From: Desulfobacterales bacterium
Lineage (GTDB): Bacteria; Desulfobacterota; Desulfobacteria; Desulfobacterales; UBA2245
Direction of reading: 5' to 3'
Assembly (NCBI GenBank): GCA_040771865.1
Contig: JAXGZF010000003.1
Coordinates: 1 to 64,000, forward strand
Length of the DNA stretch: 64,000 nt
The translations under genes and the position numbers were made by a program. The notes beneath the pieces are model-generated. The model was given only the letters and a program-made list of their open reading frames with translations. It did not search any database and had not been told where the DNA came from. The number at the start of each line of letters is the position of its first letter. Within the stretch, counting starts at the first letter, position 1. Shown here one piece after another: positions 29,620 through 38,469 of this stretch.

Positions 29620-30281
29620 GCCTGCCGGAAGCCCACAGGTTCAACGACAGGAATGAATTGCATCCGTGTTATCCCGACATCGTCGCGCAGAAAACGGTAG
29701 ACATCGAGCGGCTGCTTTCCGGTGACTCGATTCACACAGCTCAATGTGGCAAAATTGACCTTGTGTTTCTTTAGAAGTTTTGCCGCCCTGAATGCACGGT
29801 CGAAGCTGCCCCGACCCGACCTGTCTTTTCGATAATGGTCGTGAAGCGCCTTCGGACCGTCGAGCGACAGACCCACAAGGAAATTATGTTCCTGCAAGAA
29901 GCTGCACCACGCTTCATCGAGGTTTGTTCCGTTTGTCTGCAGGTCGTTCTCGCACCGAACATGGGGCGGACAATATTTATCTTCGAGGATGACCACTTTT
30001 TTAAAGAAATCGAGCCCCAGCAGCGTCGGTTCCCCTCCCTGCCAGGAGAAGATAACTTCCTTGCAGTTCTGACCTTCAAAGTACTGCCTGATGAAAGTTT
30101 CGAGAACATCATCTGATATGCACGACTGTTCGGGCTTGCCGAGCAGCTCTTGTTTTGAAAGGTAGTAACAATACTCACAGTTAAGGTTGCAGAGAGAACC
30201 GGCGGGCTTCACCATCACATGCATTCGCTTGATGGGCTTGCCTCGCCAGAGGCGGCGGTCCGACGGTTGCCCTGTTATCAT
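29620..30281 (-). pseudogene. 5' part of an anaerobic sulfatase maturase (radical SAM), truncated at the tandem array
   Basis: MVKPAGSLCNLNCEYCYY, WQGGEPTLLG, LQTNG, GLSLDGP; breaks after MQFIPVVEPVGFRQA; no SPASM domain. Confidence 0.85.
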
Positions 30282-30328
30282 GTTTGCCTCTACATATTAT
30301 TAATTCATAGATGTCCCCATTTTGTACC

Positions 30329-30412
30329 TGTCAATCAATATATCAATGCCCGTCCCCAAGTACCCGTCCCCAAGTACCCCCGTCCCCAAGTACCCCGTCC
30401 CCAAGTACCCCC
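30329..30412. repeat. Orphan copy of the transposase left end plus 4 stuttered (C)nCGTCCCCAAGTAC units
   Basis: 35 bp TGTCAATCAATATATCAATGCCCGTCCCCAAGTAC is identical at 29464-29498 and 30329-30363. Confidence 0.92.
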
Positions 30413-30995
30413 TGCGCTACCAGAAATCCTGTCATGTCTTCGTCTATATTAACTGGTGCGCTTCAATTGGAATTCACCTCCAAACTTGCTTTCCCACTGT
30501 TCTATGAGCGGAGTCACCAAGGGAAGAGCGCCCTCGCAGCGTTCTCTAAGGCTATCAAGATCAGGCTTTGGGTGAGCCAACAACTGAGCGATTAAGCTCA
30601 AAGAGGGGGCAAAGGCGCTCTTTGCGTTTTCGAACCTGAATGCTACGAATCTCCATTCTGTCCCCACGCGGAGTTCGTCGTACCGGACGGGCTTTTTGTA
30701 GCCTGCTGGTGGGTGTACCGACCAGTCACGCCACTTGAACAACTTGATTAAGTGACCACGTATTGTTGAAAAGCCTTTGGGGCCAATCAAGAATCCTCGC
30801 CTCAAAACCTCTGCTATTTGCTTCGGTGCGTATTCCGGGCCATTCCGGCCACCGATTCCGGGCGAAAGCGGCCACCCATTCCGGATGATTCCGGCCACCC
30901 CCTCATATTAGAATCTGACAGCTGACAGCGGCGCTGGTTAAGGTCTCATTAAACCGGTAGGATGTACCTCTAATTTTGCATATCAGGAGGTACAA

Positions 30996-32537
30996 ATGCC
31001 AGCGGAGAGATTAACCATGCGCAAAACAAGGGAAGTTTTTCGTTTAAAATTTGACTGTCGCCTCAGCAACCGTAAAATCGCCGAAAGTTGTCTGATCGCC
31101 CGAAGCACGGTTGCTGAATATCTGTCTCGTTTCCAGCAGGCCGCTTTAAGCTGGCCATTGCCCGAAGCAATGGATGATGCCCGGCTGGAAGAGCTGCTTT
31201 TTCCTTCCACACCCCTTGCATCCGATGTTGAGCGGCCCCTGCCGGACTGGCTTTATATCCACAACGAACTGCGCCGCAAAGGGGTCACCCTGTCCCTGCT
31301 CTGGCAGGAACATAAAGCGCAACACCCGGCCGGCTATCAGTACAGTCAGTTTTGTTACTGTTACCGGCAGTGGGCCAAAAAGATCGATCCGGTCATGCGC
31401 CAGGAACACCGTGCCGGCGAGAAACTCTTTGTCGATTATGCCGGCATGACCGTCTCGGTCTATGACCGTCAGGCCGCCAAGACGCGGGAGGCTCAGGTAT
31501 TTGTAGCCGTTCTGGGCGCCTCTAATTATTCTTATGCCGAAGCCACCTGGACCCAAAGCCTTCCGGACTGGATTACCTCCCACGTCCGTGCCTTTGCCTA
31601 TTTGGGTGGTGTGCCGCAGATCGTGGTTCCTGACAATCTGAAAACCGGCATTACCAAAGCCTGTTATTACGAACCGGACATCAATCCCACCTACCTGGAC
31701 ATGGCCAACCATTACGGCACGGTCGTAATCCCCACCCGGGTGCGCAAACCCAAAGACAAGGCCAAGGTGGAAACCGGCGTACAGATCGTCGAACGCTGGA
31801 TCCTGGCTCGGATAAGAGACCGCCAGTTCTTCGGCCTTCACCAGCTCAATCAGACCATCAGCATTCTGTTGGAAGAACTTAACCAGAAACCCTTCCAGAA
31901 ACTTCCCGGCAGCCGCAAGTCGCTTTTTGAGGACCTGGATCGGCCGGCTTTAAAGCCGTTGCCTATTTGCCCCTATCAATATGCCGAGTGGAAAAAGGCC
32001 CGGGTCCATATCGACTACCACATCGAAGTCGAACGGCATTACTACAGTGTGCCCCATCAGCTGATCACAAAACAGATCGATGTGCGCATCACGCCCGCTG
32101 CCATCGAGTGCTTTTACAAAAACAAACGGGTGGCCAGCCATATCCGCAGCTACCGGCAGGGACACCATACCACCGTCAAAGAACACATGCCCAAATCCCA
32201 CCAGAAATGGGCCGAATGGACACCGCAACGCTTTATCCATTGGGCTGAAAAGGTCGGACCTCAAACGGCCCAGCTCATCGAATCCATCCTGAACTCGCGA
32301 TCTGTGCCCCAGCAGGGCTTCAGAAGCTGCCTGGGAGTGCTTCGCCTGGCCAAAAGCTACGGCGATCAGCGCCTGGAAGCCGCCTGTAAGCGGGCAGTCG
32401 CCATCGGAGGGAAAAGCTACCGCAGCGTCGAGTCCATCCTCAAGCATAATCTGGATCAAAAACCGCTACCCGATGAAACTGCCGCTGTCACTCCCATCAG
32501 CCACATCAACATCCGCGGGGCTCGCTATTACCAATGA
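30996..32537 (+). CDS. istA: IS21-family DDE transposase
   Basis: N-terminal HTH; FVDYAG, VPDNLK, KDKAKVE, YSVP. Confidence 0.95.
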   Translation: MPAERLTMRKTREVFRLKFDCRLSNRKIAESCLIARSTVAEYLSRFQQAALSWPLPEAMDDARLEELLFPSTPLASDVERPLPDWLYIHNELRRKGVTLSLLWQEHKAQHPAGYQYSQFCYCYRQWAKKIDPVMRQEHRAGEKLFVDYAGMTVSVYDRQAAKTREAQVFVAVLGASNYSYAEATWTQSLPDWITSHVRAFAYLGGVPQIVVPDNLKTGITKACYYEPDINPTYLDMANHYGTVVIPTRVRKPKDKAKVETGVQIVERWILARIRDRQFFGLHQLNQTISILLEELNQKPFQKLPGSRKSLFEDLDRPALKPLPICPYQYAEWKKARVHIDYHIEVERHYYSVPHQLITKQIDVRITPAAIECFYKNKRVASHIRSYRQGHHTTVKEHMPKSHQKWAEWTPQRFIHWAEKVGPQTAQLIESILNSRSVPQQGFRSCLGVLRLAKSYGDQRLEAACKRAVAIGGKSYRSVESILKHNLDQKPLPDETAAVTPISHINIRGARYYQ

Positions 32538-32550
32538 AAGGAAATGAACG

Positions 32551-33288
32551 ATGCTGACTCATCCCATTCTCGACAAACTGCAAACCCTGCGCTTTCACGG
32601 CATGCTCACAGCGCTTCAGGAACAGATGCAAATGCCCGACATCGAAGGGTTCGCCTTTGAAGAACGTTTAGGGTTGCTGGTGGACCGCGAAATGACCGAA
32701 CGAGAAAACCGTCGCTATAAAACCCGCCTGAGCAAAGCCAGATTAAAACAGCAGGCCTGCCTGGAAGATGTCGACTTTACCCAGAAAAGGGGCCTTGACA
32801 GAGCGCTTATCCTGCAGCTGTCTGCCTGTAAGTGGATCAAAGAGGCCCATAACGTCCTGATTATCGGTCCGACTGGCGTCGGCAAGACCTACCTGGCCTG
32901 TGCTTTAGCCCACAAAGCCTGTCAGCAAGATTATGCAGCCCTTTACTTTCGAATGCCCCGCCTGCTGCAAGAACTCGAAATCGCCAAGGCCGACGGCCGG
33001 TATGCAAAGATACTCAAAGGCCTTGCCAAGGCCGATCTGCTCATCATTGATGACTGGGGACTTAAAAAATTTGCCAAAGAGCAAAGTTACGACTTCCTGG
33101 AAATCCTCGAAGATCGTCACAGCTTCAAATCAACCCTGATCACCAGCCAGCTGCCCGTCGATCACTGGCATGAAATCATCGCCGATCCCACGCTGGCCGA
33201 TGCCATCCTGGATCGGCTGGTTCACAATGCTTACCGAATCAATTTGAAAGGAGAGTCTATGCGAAAAAAGAAAACCCATTTGACTTAA
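32551..33288 (+). CDS. istB: IS21 helper AAA+ ATPase
   Basis: GPTGVGKT, LLIIDDWG, ADAILDRLVH, GESMRK. Confidence 0.95.
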   Translation: MLTHPILDKLQTLRFHGMLTALQEQMQMPDIEGFAFEERLGLLVDREMTERENRRYKTRLSKARLKQQACLEDVDFTQKRGLDRALILQLSACKWIKEAHNVLIIGPTGVGKTYLACALAHKACQQDYAALYFRMPRLLQELEIAKADGRYAKILKGLAKADLLIIDDWGLKKFAKEQSYDFLEILEDRHSFKSTLITSQLPVDHWHEIIADPTLADAILDRLVHNAYRINLKGESMRKKKTHLT

Positions 33289-33912
33289 AAACCATAATCT
33301 GAGATCCATAAAAAAACCAGCGTCGCTTCGCTCCGATACCCGGCCGCTTTCGCCCGGAATCGGTGGCCGGAATCATCCGGAACAGGCGGCCGACTTCCCC
33401 GGAATGCGCACTTCGGCCTCGAAGTTCGATTATTGCGCCATGCCTGAATGACTTCTTCAGGAATATGAACTTGGTCACGCACCATAGCGTAAAATGCATC
33501 TACTGCAATTGCGGCTGCGGTAATGCATTGCAGACTGGACGAGAACTCCCTCTCAAGCCATTGCCCTCCTTCTTGTTTGTCACCACGGCCCCACACAGTA
33601 AGTAGATGCCTGTGGGTTTCCTGTGACTCAATGAGATGTGTCATGGCTATTTCGAGCCAGTAAGCAAATAGGTCAATTGATATTAAAAGATCAGGGGGTG
33701 GTGAATGCACTTTACCGTCACGGTCGATACTTATGCCGAGACCGCTCAAACGCAATTTCATGCCCCGAGACATGTGGATGCCGCGCCAATCTTGAGGACT
33801 GTCTGCATCTGGCTTGTTCACATCACTTCTTTGCATCTATATTATGTCCAACGGTAAGCTGTGAGGCGGCAAGACCCTCGCCCTCCCCACCAAGGAATTC
33901 TTCAGTGTGCTT

Positions 33913-34083
33913 GGGGACGGTCATTGAAATATTGATTGCTATAATGCCGCAAAATTTTCATCAAAGCGCTTTACATTTCAAAACAAACGGTTAACCAACT
34001 GGTCGATCGGGACCCAAAAATCGTAAAAGACCTTGGCATCTTGGTTCCGAAATGATTTATCTCAATATATCAATGGGCGTCCC
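33913..34083 (+). mobile_element. Non-autonomous, internally deleted relative of the RAYT-like element
   Basis: Left end GGGGACGGTCATTGAAATATTG; remnant ALYISKQTVNQLVDRDPKIVKDLGILVPK* matches the transposase C-terminus (14/29 aa by hand); right end CAATATATCAATGGGCGTCCC. Confidence 0.8.
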
Positions 34084-34190
34084 TATCCATGACTATGACT
34101 ATCCCTGACTTGCTTTTCTTGGCATAACCTTCCATCAAAAAATAGGTTGCCTTTGTCAATTTTTTTATGTCCCAAAATGACCCTAACGTA

Positions 34191-35927
34191 CTATGAATCT
34201 TTCTCTGCCAGAAGTTTCTTTGCTTCTCTGAGGTCAATTTTTGCATGATGACCGTGTTTTTCCAATAAATGTAACAAGTTTGACCCATTTAATAAGGTTA
34301 GCGGTTTGTCTTTTGCAAATCCATATGCATCTGGGCCATAATCAGCGGTAGAAACCAAGATGCCTTTGGTAGCGCCCTCATTTACCACTGTGCCATATAA
34401 ATCTCGAACAGCAGAAACACCTACTGTGTTTGTATATCTTTTTGCTTGAATTACGATTTTTCCACCCCTAATAGGATCGGGGTCAAATGCAATTGCATCA
34501 ACACCGCCGTCCTTGCTTGCTTGAGTTACCCTAACTTCCCCTCCATTGCTTTCAAATTCCTTCTCGAATAATTCTCGAATTAAATGTTCAAAGTCTTCCC
34601 AATCCATCGCCGCCAAATTTGTAGTGTGATCAATTTGATTTGCAACAGCGTAGCTTTCAATAAATCTTTTATCAACTCTGCTAATTTGCATAATCGGTTG
34701 AACGGGGGTTAAACTGCTCAACTTGCTACTTGCAACCCCTTTTAGCTTTTTAAAACAAGACTTTGGATCAACATTTGACAAATCAATTGATAAAAACTCG
34801 CTCTTCTTCGTTTGTATGCTTAGAATGCAATTATTCTCCTCAATGCCAGTTGCCCTGTTAATCGCTTTCACCCAACCATTAAAAGAAATAGCGTCGATTG
34901 CATTAGCTACATCCGCTTCAAATATTTCATGGATGGTTCGCAGGGTAATTTTATACATCGAATCATCAAACATCTTATTTAGTTGAGATTCCGATATAAA
35001 TGATTCTTTGAGCTCATTTTTAGATGACACGAATTTTACATCTTTAATCTTTGGAAAGCACTCAATTGAAGGCAGTTCGTATTCTATAACCAATATTTTG
35101 TTGCCCGAATTATATTCAAGTTCAAAGTTTTTTGGAAAGGCATCCGGATATTCGGAATTGTTTATTACCATTTCGCAATATTCAATAATAGAATCAGTGT
35201 CCTGACTTAAATATGATTCTTTCATTTTGTCTATTTTTTCATTAAAAGCAGCTTGTTTTTGAAGAAAAATATTTTTTCGCTCATTCCATGCAACAACGTC
35301 GGTTTCCCACTTTTTCAGTTCATCGTCGTATTCTTTATCCAGCTGATTATTAATTCGATCAATGGAGGATAGTAAGCTTTCCCAGTCCGAAATGGCGGCT
35401 GTGTATTTGTCTTCATATTCTTTTATTTTTCGTTCTTTTTTAGAGCGAAGTAATTTTTCAAAAAAAGAAAAAACAGGGGTAAATTCCACAGATTGTTTGT
35501 CCGGCTTGGGCGGGGGTGCTTTTTTTCTTTTTTGAGGAGGTTTAACTGGTATTTTTTCAGGAAACTCCTCTTTATTTTTCAAGTTCTCCCAATTCACTGT
35601 ATCGTCGATGGATAAAGTGTGAATTAGCAGGTTATCAATTTGTTTTAGGGATGTTATAGCCGCCTCTGTTCTGAAATTTGCTTCTTCAAGATTTGCTTCT
35701 TTTTCTCTATTTATACGACATTTTGTTTCGAGTTGATTCCACTTTTCAGCCCATTTGTCAGCATTTAACCTAACCTTATTTTCCAATATGTCTGTATCGG
35801 GTGCAGAAATTAATTTATGCTCATTCAGACCAATATGATACATCTCCCTAGTATATTTCAGACGACGTGTTTTAGATGCATTCCAGCATTCTTGAACCGG
35901 ACCGGTTCGTATTTGATTTTTACTCAT
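34191..35927 (-). CDS. mrr: Mrr-family (type IV) restriction endonuclease with long coiled-coil N-terminus
   Basis: WEDFEHLIRELF, DGGVDAIA, IQAKRY, AVRDLYG; visibly AT-rich relative to flanking genes. Confidence 0.85.
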   Translation of the reverse strand: MSKNQIRTGPVQECWNASKTRRLKYTREMYHIGLNEHKLISAPDTDILENKVRLNADKWAEKWNQLETKCRINREKEANLEEANFRTEAAITSLKQIDNLLIHTLSIDDTVNWENLKNKEEFPEKIPVKPPQKRKKAPPPKPDKQSVEFTPVFSFFEKLLRSKKERKIKEYEDKYTAAISDWESLLSSIDRINNQLDKEYDDELKKWETDVVAWNERKNIFLQKQAAFNEKIDKMKESYLSQDTDSIIEYCEMVINNSEYPDAFPKNFELEYNSGNKILVIEYELPSIECFPKIKDVKFVSSKNELKESFISESQLNKMFDDSMYKITLRTIHEIFEADVANAIDAISFNGWVKAINRATGIEENNCILSIQTKKSEFLSIDLSNVDPKSCFKKLKGVASSKLSSLTPVQPIMQISRVDKRFIESYAVANQIDHTTNLAAMDWEDFEHLIRELFEKEFESNGGEVRVTQASKDGGVDAIAFDPDPIRGGKIVIQAKRYTNTVGVSAVRDLYGTVVNEGATKGILVSTADYGPDAYGFAKDKPLTLLNGSNLLHLLEKHGHHAKIDLREAKKLLAEKDS

Positions 35928-36244
35928 TTTATAGCCCTCCGCATTGATTATCCCTATTTCAGAAAACGATCATTTGGCAGAACAATTCAACAACCCAATT
36001 TCACGCCGCGGAAGGAGATTTCGGGCGCGTGTTCGAACAATTCAAAATCAGGTGGATCGATGGTGCGTGGTGCGAATCAAAGAATATCCATAGCGGAAGA
36101 TCTGCGTTTCGTAAAGGAAATTTAAGCATCAGCAAAATTTAACCGCGAACTCCGACCTTTTTTGTTGAGACCGTTTCCGGGGCATCTTTCCCTGATTTTC
36201 GGTCTTGACTTGTTTTTCCGGATACATTAAGTTTGCCACCGTGT

Positions 36245-36320
36245 GCGCCCGTGGCCCAGGGGATAGGGCGTCAGCCTCCGGAGCTGAAGATCGCTGGTTC
36301 GAATCCAGCCGGGCGTACCA
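36245..36320 (+). tRNA. tRNA-Arg(CCG)
   Basis: Acceptor stem GCGCCCG/CGGGCGT plus ACCA; anticodon arm TCAGC-CTCCGGA-GCTGA; T arm GCTGG-TTCGAAT-CCAGC. Confidence 0.95.
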
Positions 36321-36330
36321 AAATGAAATC

Positions 36331-36359
36331 AAGGACCTGAATGATTCAGGTCCTTTTTT
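36331..36359 (+). terminator. Intrinsic terminator after the tRNA
   Basis: AAGGACCTGAA-TGA-TTCAGGTCCTTTTTT. Confidence 0.8.
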
Positions 36360-36487
36360 ATTTTGGCGCGCTTGCCTTCATCGGCGGACGGGAAAGAGCG
36401 ACTGTTCTGCGGAATCATGTTGGCCGTTGTTTCCGGTGAATTTTCAGCAGGGGAGGGCGTTGTCCTGAATCTTGCGGCAAAAAGGCA

Positions 36488-36544
36488 TTGACAGGCATAC
36501 TCGAAAGGCATAAAAATACGCTATTTTATGAATGAACATTCATT
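36488..36544 (+). promoter_or_regulatory. Sigma70-like promoter and candidate TetR operator
   Basis: TTGACA(36488)-17 nt-TAAAAA; palindrome AATGAA-CA-TTCATT at 36531-36544. Confidence 0.6.
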
Positions 36545-36570
36545 AACAAGGATATGGAAAAAGATTGGCC

Positions 36571-37146
36571 ATGAAAAAATCGGACAAACGGAATGATATT
36601 CTGCAAACCGCCCTGGAGCTGATCGCGGAGCAGGGCTTTCACGGCGCTCCGATGGCGATGATCGCGGAGCGGTCCGGAGTGGCGGTCGGCACCATATACC
36701 GGTATTTCGAAAACAAGGACGTGCTCATCAACGAGCTGTACAGCGAACTCGAAGGCAAGATCGTGGAGGCCCTGCGCAAAGGCTACTCGATCAAAAAACC
36801 CTTTCGGGAACGGTTCCTTCATCTCGGCAGGGCGCTTCTGAGGTACTTCATCGCCTTTCCGCTCCATTTCCGTTTCGTTGAGCAGTACCACAACTCCCCT
36901 TACGGCGTTTCTCTGCGGCGGGACCGGCTGATTGGAAAGGCGGGGGATCATACCCTATTCACCGAGCTTTTTGCCGAGGGGGTCGCCCAGCAGGTGCTGA
37001 AGGATTTTCCCTTTATCGTGCTTTTTGCCCTCGCTTTCGGCCCCCTGGTTCCGCTGGCGCGGGATCATATCCTCGGATTTGTCGTTCTGGACAATTCCAT
37101 GATCTCCAGAACCGTGGAGGCCTGCTGGGACTGCGTGAAAAGATAG
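36571..37146 (+). CDS. TetR/AcrR-family regulator
   Basis: ILQTALELIAEQGFHG...IAERSGVAVGTIYRYFENK. Confidence 0.93.
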   Translation: MKKSDKRNDILQTALELIAEQGFHGAPMAMIAERSGVAVGTIYRYFENKDVLINELYSELEGKIVEALRKGYSIKKPFRERFLHLGRALLRYFIAFPLHFRFVEQYHNSPYGVSLRRDRLIGKAGDHTLFTELFAEGVAQQVLKDFPFIVLFALAFGPLVPLARDHILGFVVLDNSMISRTVEACWDCVKR

Positions 37147-37269
37147 CTGAAAACGTTCGGTATTTATGAACAGGCGTTCAGAAAAACAGGGCGGATTTTG
37201 ATGAGAAGATTACCTGCGGCCGGTCGACAGCGGGCGCAAGCCATTCAATTCAAGAGACAGAGGTGGAAT

Positions 37270-38457
37270 ATGCAAATTCACGGCACGATCAGGCCTGTGG
37301 TCCTTATAGGCGTTCTGGCCGGATTTCTGATAACTTCCGGCTGCGAAAGGCAGCCCAAAAATGCAGCGCCCCAGGCCGGGCCTCCCGAGGTCTCCGTGGT
37401 GACGATGCAGCCGGAAAGGGTGACCATTACGACCGAACTTTCCGGGCGGACATCCGCCTATCTCGTTGCCGAGGTGCGGCCCCAGGTCAGCGGCATCATT
37501 CAGAAACGCCTCTTCACGGAAGGCGCGGACGTCAAGGCCGGGGACGTTCTCTACCAGATCGACCCGGCGCTTTACCAGGCGGCCTGGGACAGCGCCAGGG
37601 CGTCCCTTGCCAGGGCCGAAGCCAACGTGACCTCCATCCGTTACCGGTCCGATCGCTACAAGGAGCTGGTGGCCATCAAGGCGGTCAGCCGGCAGGATTA
37701 TGACGACACGGTTGCCGCCCTCAAGCAGGCCGAAGCGGAAATCGAGGTCGGCAAGGCGGCCGTGGAAAGCGCCCGAATCAATCTGGATTACACCCGCATC
37801 ACCGCGCCCATTTCCGGGCGGATCGGCAGATCGCTGGTGACCGTGGGCGCGCTGGCGACGGCCGGACAGGGCCTGGCGCTGGCCACGATCCAGCAGATCG
37901 ATCCCGTCTATGTCGACGTCACCCAGTCGAGCGCCAGCCTGCTGCGCCTTCAGCAGAGCATGGAAAGCGGCATACTCAAGCGGGACCGTTCCAACCGGGC
38001 CAGGGTCAGGCTGATTCTGGAAGACGGCACGCCCTATCCCCTGGAAGGGGCCCTTCAATTCCAGGACATTACCGTGGATCCGAGCACCGGATCCTACATC
38101 CTGCGCATCGTGTTTCCCAATCCCAGGCGCATCCTGCTGCCGGGCATGTACGCGCGGGCGGTTCTCGAGGAAGGCGTCAACGAGCAGGCCATCCTTGCGC
38201 CGCAGCAGGGCGTCGGCCGGAATCCGAAGGGGGAGCCTGTTTCCCTGATCGTGGATGCCGAGGGCAAGGTGCAGCAGCGGATGCTCACCCTGGATCGCAC
38301 GGTGGGGGACAAATGGCTCGTCTCCTCGGGGCTTGAAGCCGGAGACCGGGTGATCGTCGAGGGATCGCAGAAGGTGAAACCGGGGGTTTCCGTCAAGGCG
38401 GTTCCTTTCAGCAAGGAAAACAACAATGCGGCTCAACCGGCTGCGGAATCGAACTGA
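37270..38457 (+). CDS. acrA: RND efflux periplasmic adaptor (AcrA/MexA-like lipoprotein)
   Basis: Lipobox ITSGC; AEVRPQVSGII, APISGRIG, LLPGMY. Confidence 0.9.
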   Translation: MQIHGTIRPVVLIGVLAGFLITSGCERQPKNAAPQAGPPEVSVVTMQPERVTITTELSGRTSAYLVAEVRPQVSGIIQKRLFTEGADVKAGDVLYQIDPALYQAAWDSARASLARAEANVTSIRYRSDRYKELVAIKAVSRQDYDDTVAALKQAEAEIEVGKAAVESARINLDYTRITAPISGRIGRSLVTVGALATAGQGLALATIQQIDPVYVDVTQSSASLLRLQQSMESGILKRDRSNRARVRLILEDGTPYPLEGALQFQDITVDPSTGSYILRIVFPNPRRILLPGMYARAVLEEGVNEQAILAPQQGVGRNPKGEPVSLIVDAEGKVQQRMLTLDRTVGDKWLVSSGLEAGDRVIVEGSQKVKPGVSVKAVPFSKENNNAAQPAAESN

Positions 38458-38469
38458 CGGAGGCGCGGG

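Larger units (their letters stand above)
30827..33410 (+). mobile_element. IS21-family insertion sequence, 2584 bp
   Basis: TG...CA termini (TGCGTATTCCGG / CCGGAATGCGCA); multiple internal ATTCCGG repeats; 6-bp target duplication CTTCGG at 30821-30826 and 33411-33416. Confidence 0.95.
30449..33836 (-). pseudogene. About 265-aa HEPN-motif protein gene split by IS21
   Basis: 33836-33411 joins in frame to 30820-30449 once the IS and one target duplication are removed (NRTSRPK|QIAEVLRR); contains RDWSVH (Rx4H). Confidence 0.8.

Noticed and set aside
29483..30412. CRISPR array
   Set aside because: Units are 14-16 bp and contiguous, with no unique spacers and no cas genes in the window
29389..30595. 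Small repetitive ORFs (VPKYARPQ / GRTWGR peptides)
   Set aside because: They are translations of the tandem arrays in several frames, with no SD or independent coding signal
30827..30900. Novel repeat array (ATTCCGG units)
   Set aside because: These are the normal multiple transposase-binding repeats of IS21 ends, mirrored at about 33335-33410
24830..33900. Complete integron
   Set aside because: No IntI tyrosine recombinase, no full attC could be folded, and gene orientations are mixed; only fragmentary hints were kept as a low-score finding
22900..36320. Classical tRNA-integrated island or prophage
   Set aside because: The island lies 5' of tRNA-Arg; no duplicated tRNA 3' end, integrase or phage genes were seen
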